Part shown: piece by piece, positions 8,042 through 13,494 of the stretch
Position numbering within the stretch: the stretch's first letter is position 1
Layout: each line of letters starts with the position of its first letter
Source of the DNA: an uncultured Nitrososphaeraceae archaeon
GTDB lineage: Archaea > Thermoproteota > Nitrososphaeria > Nitrososphaerales > Nitrososphaeraceae
Direction: 5' to 3'
Length of the DNA stretch: 13,494 nucleotides
Assembly: GCA_963825865.1 (NCBI GenBank)
Contig: CAWGVG010000001.1
Span: 1 to 13,494 of the forward strand
Notes under the pieces: model-generated
What the model was told of the DNA's origin: nothing
Seen by the model: the letters and a program-made list of their open reading frames with translations, nothing else
Database searches by the model: none
Made by a program: the position numbers and the translations under genes

Positions 8042-8872
8042 TGCTCATATTGACTGCTTCCCGTTTAATTCTGTTGTGAAGTAGTTTCAAACATACACAA
8101 GCTTTAACCGAATTTCTGAATTGTATGTGTATCGATAGTCTTTAGCATAATATGGTAAAACGTATCGTTCTGTTCTAAATAAAATTCCATATATGCCTCT
8201 CTAGAGGGCAAAACACTTTCAACGTGTGACTGTGTGACTGGGTCACATGTTGTATATATGTATATAGATATTCACACTAATTTTATTGTGGTCGTAATAT
8301 AGTCCAATCTTTGACGCATTTATTAGGTACTATTTATCATTGAGAAAGTCCCACTATGTTTGGTCAAAGTATTGGTCACAGTTTACAATACTTTTGCTTG
8401 GAATGCGGTAACGAACTTACTAGTAAGTCAAGTAGAAGACTTATTGATATCGGTGGTTGTCACACTTCCCAGGAATGTCTAAAATGTGGCTACACATTAC
8501 TGTTTGGTACTATTAAGAAAAAGTCTAAGTAACAAATGGCAATGTGATGTAGATCTGGAGACCAACTCAGATAAGAGAAAAAGAGTCTACAAAGAAGTGA
8601 ATCAACATACATAGTCCTTAGAATTGAAATTTCTTAATTGTAAACATACTCTGCTTTCAGACCAACTGTTGATATACAATTAGGCAATATTTATCATTGT
8701 AAACAATGCAAATGCTTAAGGCAGGTTGCAATAATAATCAGATATAAGGCATCTCCTGGATAACACCATAAAAGCTGTTCATACATGAATACGTTTGGGC
8801 ATTCCCATTGCAGCTCTTCTACTTGAACTCATAATTTATCTGCCACATCTTTTTTTAAGAGAACATTACAAA

Positions 8873-10024
8873 ATGAAAGCTGTTGGTTTATACAAACACT
8901 TACCAATAGAAGATCCTCACTCTCTGGTTGACCTAGACGTTGAACAACCCAAGTATCCTACAGGTCATGATCTACTAGTTGCCATAACGGCAATTTCAGT
9001 AAATCCTGTAGATACTAAGGTCAGAAAAGGGACGATTCCTCCAATGGAAAATGAAAATATGCCGCGTATATTGGGATGGGATGCTGCTGGAGAAGTAGTA
9101 GCGGCTGGATCAGATTGTACACTTTTTGATGAAGGCGACACCGTTTACTATGCTGGCAGCATTTCTCGACCATTAGGAACAAACTGCGAATTTCATTTAG
9201 TAGACGAACGTATTGTTGGAAGAAAACCAAATTCACTCTCCTTTGAGGAAGCTGCTGCCATGCCCCTTACAACTATAACAGCCTGGGAGGCTCTATATGA
9301 TAGGTTATCTTTGTATTCAGACACTATAGGAAGGAAAACCGCCACACCACCAATAATGTTATCAACTTCAAATAATGGTACTGACGACAACAACAACAAC
9401 AACAAGAGATATCGTCCATCTATTCTTATCATAGGTGGTGCAGGAGGAGTTGGTTCCATAGCCACACAGCTTGCAAAAAACCTTGTAAACCACCACTCCC
9501 CTTCTTCATCGTCTTCATTCTCAGGAATCAATGTAATCACAACTGCATCTAGAAATGAATCTGTAGAATGGTGTAAGAAAATGGGTGCCGATTACGTGGT
9601 AAACCATCATGGCGATCTTAAATCTCAAATCAAGAAAGTTGTAGGTATTGATTATACAGACTACATTCTCTGTTTGAACAATACTGATGGTCATTTTGAT
9701 AGTATGGCTCAATTAGTTGCTCCACAAGGAAAGATATGCTCTATTGTTGAAACCAAGGCTCCTGTAGACCTAGGTGGTATACTACGGCAGAAAAGTGCTA
9801 CGTTTGTTTGGGAGCTCATGTTCACTAGGTCTCTATTCCAAACCCGCGATATGATAGCACAACATCACTTGCTCAACGCAGTAGCCGATCTTATTGATAG
9901 TAAGAAAATAAAAACTACTTTGACAGACCAGTTGTCTCCAATAAATGCAGAAAATCTGCGTAAGGCACACAAGAAGCTGGAATCTGGTAGAATGATTGGA
10001 AAGATTGCATTATCTGGCTTCTAA
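8873..10024 (+). CDS. Zinc-binding alcohol dehydrogenase family protein (MDR superfamily, quinone-oxidoreductase-like)
   Basis: True start is probably ATG 8873 (MKAVGLYKHLPI). Motifs AISVNPVDTKVR, ILGWDAAGEV, VYYAGSISRP, VDERIVGRKP, EAAAMPLTTITAWEAL, Rossmann IIGGAGGVGSIATQLAK, FVWELMFTRS, AHKKLESGRMIGKI. Confidence 0.93.
   Translation: MKAVGLYKHLPIEDPHSLVDLDVEQPKYPTGHDLLVAITAISVNPVDTKVRKGTIPPMENENMPRILGWDAAGEVVAAGSDCTLFDEGDTVYYAGSISRPLGTNCEFHLVDERIVGRKPNSLSFEEAAAMPLTTITAWEALYDRLSLYSDTIGRKTATPPIMLSTSNNGTDDNNNNNKRYRPSILIIGGAGGVGSIATQLAKNLVNHHSPSSSSSFSGINVITTASRNESVEWCKKMGADYVVNHHGDLKSQIKKVVGIDYTDYILCLNNTDGHFDSMAQLVAPQGKICSIVETKAPVDLGGILRQKSATFVWELMFTRSLFQTRDMIAQHHLLNAVADLIDSKKIKTTLTDQLSPINAENLRKAHKKLESGRMIGKIALSGF
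9388..9405 (+). repeat. (CAA)n microsatellite encoding a poly-Asn loop insertion
   Basis: CAACAACAACAACAACAA within the oxidoreductase, translated as DNNNNNK. Confidence 0.7.
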
Positions 10025-10166
10025 ACCTAACTTACTTTTCCAATTCTCTTTACAACTATGTCATACAATGCTCTGTTCTCTTCCTCTAACTTTTCTAGAA
10101 TTAGTGGAAAAGAACCTTTGCTGTTGCATGACTGAAGCACAGAATGTAGTTTATAATAATGTTAAA

Positions 10167-10742
10167 TCATTGTATGAGGTCCTTATACCTAAAGCAGTAG
10201 ACAGTATGATCGTTTACCATTCCCACAGCCTGCATCATAGAATAACAAATGGTTGACCCTACGAATACAAAGCCTCTTCTCTTCAGATCGTTGCTTAGCA
10301 CATCAGATATTTCTGTTCTTGAAGGAATCTCTATCCATCTTTTCCACCCATTATGTTTCGGTCTGCCATCAACGAAATTCCAAAGATATGAGTCGAAGCT
10401 CCCAAATTCTTGCTGTAATTTTAGGAAAGCTCTGGCGTTCGTTATAGTAGATTGAATTTTCAATCTATTTCTTATGATAGATGGATTGGTAAGTAGCTCT
10501 TGAATCCTTCTTTGATCATAATTGGCTACCCTGTTTGCATCAAAATCATCAAATGCTTTTCTATATCCTTCTCTCTTCTTGAGTATTATCGACCAACTTA
10601 GACCAGCTTGTGCGGATTCGAGTAATAAGAATTCAAACAGCTTCTTATCACTATGCACTGGAACACCCTATTCATCGTCATGATATTCAATATCAGTTGG
10701 ACTACCGTTAGCGGCCCATTCACAACGAAGTTTAACACGCAT
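10167..10742 (-). pseudogene. tag: DNA-3-methyladenine glycosylase I with premature amber codon at codon 25
   Basis: From ATG 10742: MRVKLRCEWAANGSPTDIEYHDDE*GVPVHSDKKLFEFLLLESAQAGLSW…IIRNRLKI…FVGSTICYSMMQAVGMVNDHTVYC. The Trp of conserved YHDxEWG is TAG (10668-10670). The frame is otherwise intact (191 codons) and all four Zn ligands (C, H, H, C) are present. Confidence 0.9.
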
Positions 10743-10899
10743 ATGATGATTTGAAGGAACTATGGTTTTCTGAATATATGTAATTGTATTTAATATTTGA
10801 AATATATCTCCTCCTTGTTGCCTTCTGATTTTGTAATAACACACAGAAACGTATCTAATTAAAATATGACTCTCTATGTCCTAGGATATAACACTTTGA

Positions 10900-11514
10900 G
10901 CGTGTGAGTGTACCATCCCTGTCACTGGATATGATCACGGCTGCAAGGATGCAAAGATTTCTCCATTCTCAGATAGATACATTGCCCAGCCCACAAGAGG
11001 TCCACAATTCCACACAAAGGAGTTTAATACTGGTTACAATGTTGGATTAAGAGCTTGCAGCAATGTTCTAGAAGGAGTACCAGCAGATCAGCTATTACAA
11101 GGTGATAATGATAATGATAATGATCAAAATCAGGGAAAAGCTCAGGAATCGAAGAGCTCTAGCGCTTCAGGTAGTACTAGTTCAAGTAGTGCAAGTAACA
11201 ACAATCAGATAATAATTAACAACAATATCCAATCTAAAGAACTCAAGACTGGAAAAGCACTGGGATTTAGAGAAGAGCCAACACAGTCGGCTTGCGCAGG
11301 ACTGGAAGGTACTGAAGGAGATAACGGATATGATCAGGGATATGTAGATGCACATGTTCACTTCTCAAAACATAAAGGCTTTGACAGTGACCCAGGTAAC
11401 AGACATAGCGCAGAATACAATAAACAATATGTCAACGGATATAATGATGGTTGGGTAGATGCTAAGAATGGAGTACAAGACCCAAGTGCTAACCTAGATG
11501 TTCGCTGGATTTGA
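10900..11514 (+). CDS. Start-less 204-codon open frame: GYxxG-repeat protein with low-complexity linker (5'-truncated or frameshifted), absent from ORF track
   Basis: Stop-free from 10900 to TGA 11512-11514: TGYDHGCKDAKISPFSDRYIAQPTRGPQFHTKEFNTGYNVGLRACS…GDNDNDNDQNQG…SSSASGSTSSSSASNNN…GYDQGYVDA…HSAEYNKQYVNGYNDGWVDAKNG…. No in-frame ATG/GTG/TTG. Confidence 0.7.
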   Translation, partial: ACECTIPVTGYDHGCKDAKISPFSDRYIAQPTRGPQFHTKEFNTGYNVGLRACSNVLEGVPADQLLQGDNDNDNDQNQGKAQESKSSSASGSTSSSSASNNNQIIINNNIQSKELKTGKALGFREEPTQSACAGLEGTEGDNGYDQGYVDAHVHFSKHKGFDSDPGNRHSAEYNKQYVNGYNDGWVDAKNGVQDPSANLDVRWI

Positions 11515-11956
11515 GACATTGATAGAAATCTACCAAGGTTGCTATTTCGATGAAGAAACAGTGGTATTCTTGAATTTCTTAAAACGAGATATATTGTATA
11601 TGTTAGTCTAACATACTTAGATTCCTTCGATATCCAGAGTGAGGTGCACTTATCTCATTAATACAGATTTCTGACAAAACTCATAAAAGCGCTTTCTTCT
11701 TTCACATATCTCGCATTTGTCTTCTGAATATGACGCCAGTGCTGTTTTCGCAGCAAAGGAGCGTAGTACTATAACAAGCAAATGATAGAAATTTTATTTA
11801 ATGAAAGGAGCCTGTTTGTATATCATCTCATATCAACAGCTTTGTATCATAAATTATATTTGTAAACTAAATTGGCCTAAAATGATAGGTCATAGAAGAA
11901 TAGATTTAGTTAAATACATCTTATCTAGTAACTTGCTGTGCTGACTAAGTTATCAA

Positions 11957-12587
11957 ATGGCAATAATAGAAATACTTAGGCCCATAGTAGAATTTATTAC
12001 CTCAATTATATCTACCATGAGCTATCCCGGAATTTTTTTTCTTATGATACTAGAAAGTGCCTTGATTCCTATACCAAGTGAAATCATAATGCCATTTTCA
12101 GGTTTTCTTGCTTCAACTGGAAAGCTGAGTTCCGTAGGTGTTGTCCTAGCTGGGTACTTTTGGAAATCTTGTTGGTTCCATCTTAACCTATTACTTTGGA
12201 ATAAATGTAGGAAGAGCTTTTTTAATAAAATATGGTAGATACGTATTTTTTAAAAAAGAACACCTCGAGCTTACAGAGAATTTATTTAAAAGATACGGAG
12301 ATAAAGTTTCCTTTGTTGGCAGGTTATTGCCAGGTATTAGAACATATGTTTCACTACCAGCAGGAATAGGAAAAGCCAAATTTACAAAGTTTGTGATCTA
12401 TACTTTTCTTGGATTTATAATCTGGAATTCCATGCTAACATATGTGGGTATGAAACTTGGAAGTAATTGGAAAAATATTGACAAGTACTCTATATATTTA
12501 GATTTAGCAGCAGTAATAGCAATTGCAGTTTTTTTAATATGGTTTGTATATAATAGCAGAAGAAAATCCAAGGCAATTGGAAGATAG
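11957..12587 (+). CDS. dedA: DedA family membrane protein, one frameshift at GGG 12152-12154
   Basis: YPGIFFLMILESALIPIPSEIIMPFSGFL, then (shifted frame) GTFGNLVGSILTYYFG…FKRYGDKVSFVGRLLPGIRTYVSLPAGI…FVIYTFLG. These are canonical DedA/SNARE-associated motifs. Confidence 0.92.
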
Positions 12588-12645
12588 AAAACCAGAAATA
12601 CTATCGTCATTGCTTATCCTCGACTGATATTTCAACAAAGCCCCT

Positions 12646-13444
12646 ATTGCATATCCATATAAATATCGAGGATCATCCAGTTCATCGAGGTCTATTCTGC
12701 GATTTAAAAAACTAAAAATCCAAGCAGCAATCCTGACAATTGTTGTTATGATTGTAGTAATGTCTAAATCTGTAGTTATCATATAAGCAGGACATAGAGG
12801 AGGTTTGTCCTTTACGTTGGGGCAATCGAGAATAGAATTTTAGGAGAAGGCGTGCACTTTATCATACCATTTGTTGAAAAAGTGATGCAGCTAGAAGTAC
12901 TTACATTAAAGTTGCAAGCTGATGCGTCGACTGCTTCAAATGACCCAAAAGAAGTGGCAACCGTTATAGCATTGAATTACCACATCGATATGCAAAATTC
13001 AACGCCGAAGAACTCATAACAAAAAGAGAAACCGCGAAACGGGCTGCTATCCGTAATACTCTCTTAACAAGAGACATAAATTTTGAGGACGTATTTATAA
13101 CTGACTTCAAATTCTCAGAAGCATTTGCAGGTCAGGTTGAATCAAAAGTAGTAGCATTTCAAAAATATTTGACTGAACAAAACAATCTAAAGGCTGTTCA
13201 TTTAGTAGATAATCAGACAGTTGTTCAAGCACAAGCACAAGCAAGAGCAAATATGGCTACAGCATTTGGTGAAGGACAGACAATCAGCATAATTACCGAA
13301 CAGCTTAGACAAAGTCCACAGTATTTGCAATGGCAATTTATCAATAGATACGATAGACTGATGTCAGATTCTCTTGGAAGAAGCGATAGTGGATTTCCAT
13401 TTTTCCAATTATCGCAACAAGAATCTCAAAACCCAACCGGATAA
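12646..13444 (+). pseudogene. Prohibitin/SPFH (band 7) family protein, decayed
   Basis: N-terminal TM segment AAILTIVVMIVVM, then SVVII*AGHRG (TAA 12784-12786), frameshift near 12803, LYVGAIENRILGEGVHFIIPFVEKV…ASND..V.TVIALNYHID, an apparent deletion near 12990, KFNAEELITKRE…VFITDFKFSEAFAGQVESKVVA…AQAQARAN…YLQWQ. ORF 13169..13444 is the C-terminal fragment. Start position is approximate. Confidence 0.85.
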
Positions 13445-13494
13445 TAAAACATACACGCTCACTATAAATTGAAGGTCATCCCAAACCAGATTCC

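Noticed and set aside
8795-8872. N-terminal hydrophobic extension of the oxidoreductase from TTG 8795
   Set aside because: Family similarity starts at MKAVG (ATG 8873), so the extension is probably an ORF-calling artefact.
9021-10455. ORFs 9021..9236, 9193..9540, 9521..9712, 9996..10256, 10249..10455 and 10253..10447
   Set aside because: Overlap the oxidoreductase or tag genes antisense or out of frame, with no recognisable motifs.
11650-11781. 43-aa minus-strand TTG ORF with CEIC motif (possible zinc-finger microprotein)
   Set aside because: Only one CxxC plus a lone Cys, weak start and short length. Cannot be told from chance.
12191-12782. Minus-strand ORFs 12191..12379, 12398..12610 and 12534..12782
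   Set aside because: Antisense to dedA and the prohibitin pseudogene N-terminus.
7518-12786. Alternative genetic code or stop-codon recoding
   Set aside because: Internal stops are of all three types at unrelated residues, and all three codons also terminate intact genes here. Decay or error is simpler.
1-13494. CRISPR array, tRNA/rRNA or intact IS element
   Set aside because: No regularly spaced repeats, cloverleaf or rRNA-like segments, or transposase ORF were seen by eye.

Overview
AT-rich archaeal DNA, most likely from a soil ammonia-oxidising archaeon (Nitrososphaeraceae-like). This is inferred from gene families, TATA-proximal leaderless starts and poly-N/S/E loop insertions. Gene order: frameshifted ammonium transporter amt (+); a P-II/GlnK gene (-) missed by the ORF track; pirin (-); an HD-domain protein with a class I PDE-like YHN..H..HD motif fused to a GNAT-like domain (-), divergent from a class III nucleotide cyclase with tandem PRC-barrel-like N-terminal repeats (+), with a decayed duplicate of those repeats between them; small remnants; an MDR/quinone-reductase-like oxidoreductase (+); 3-methyladenine glycosylase I with an amber stop (-); a start-less ~200-codon GYxxG-repeat frame (+); DedA (+, one frameshift); and a decayed prohibitin/SPFH gene (+). 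The best candidate novel system is the head-to-head cyclase / HD-GNAT pair, a possible archaeal cyclic-nucleotide make/break module linked to acetylation. Indels are dense in the first ~2 kb and look like read errors. Nonsense substitutions and an internal deletion elsewhere look like real gene decay.
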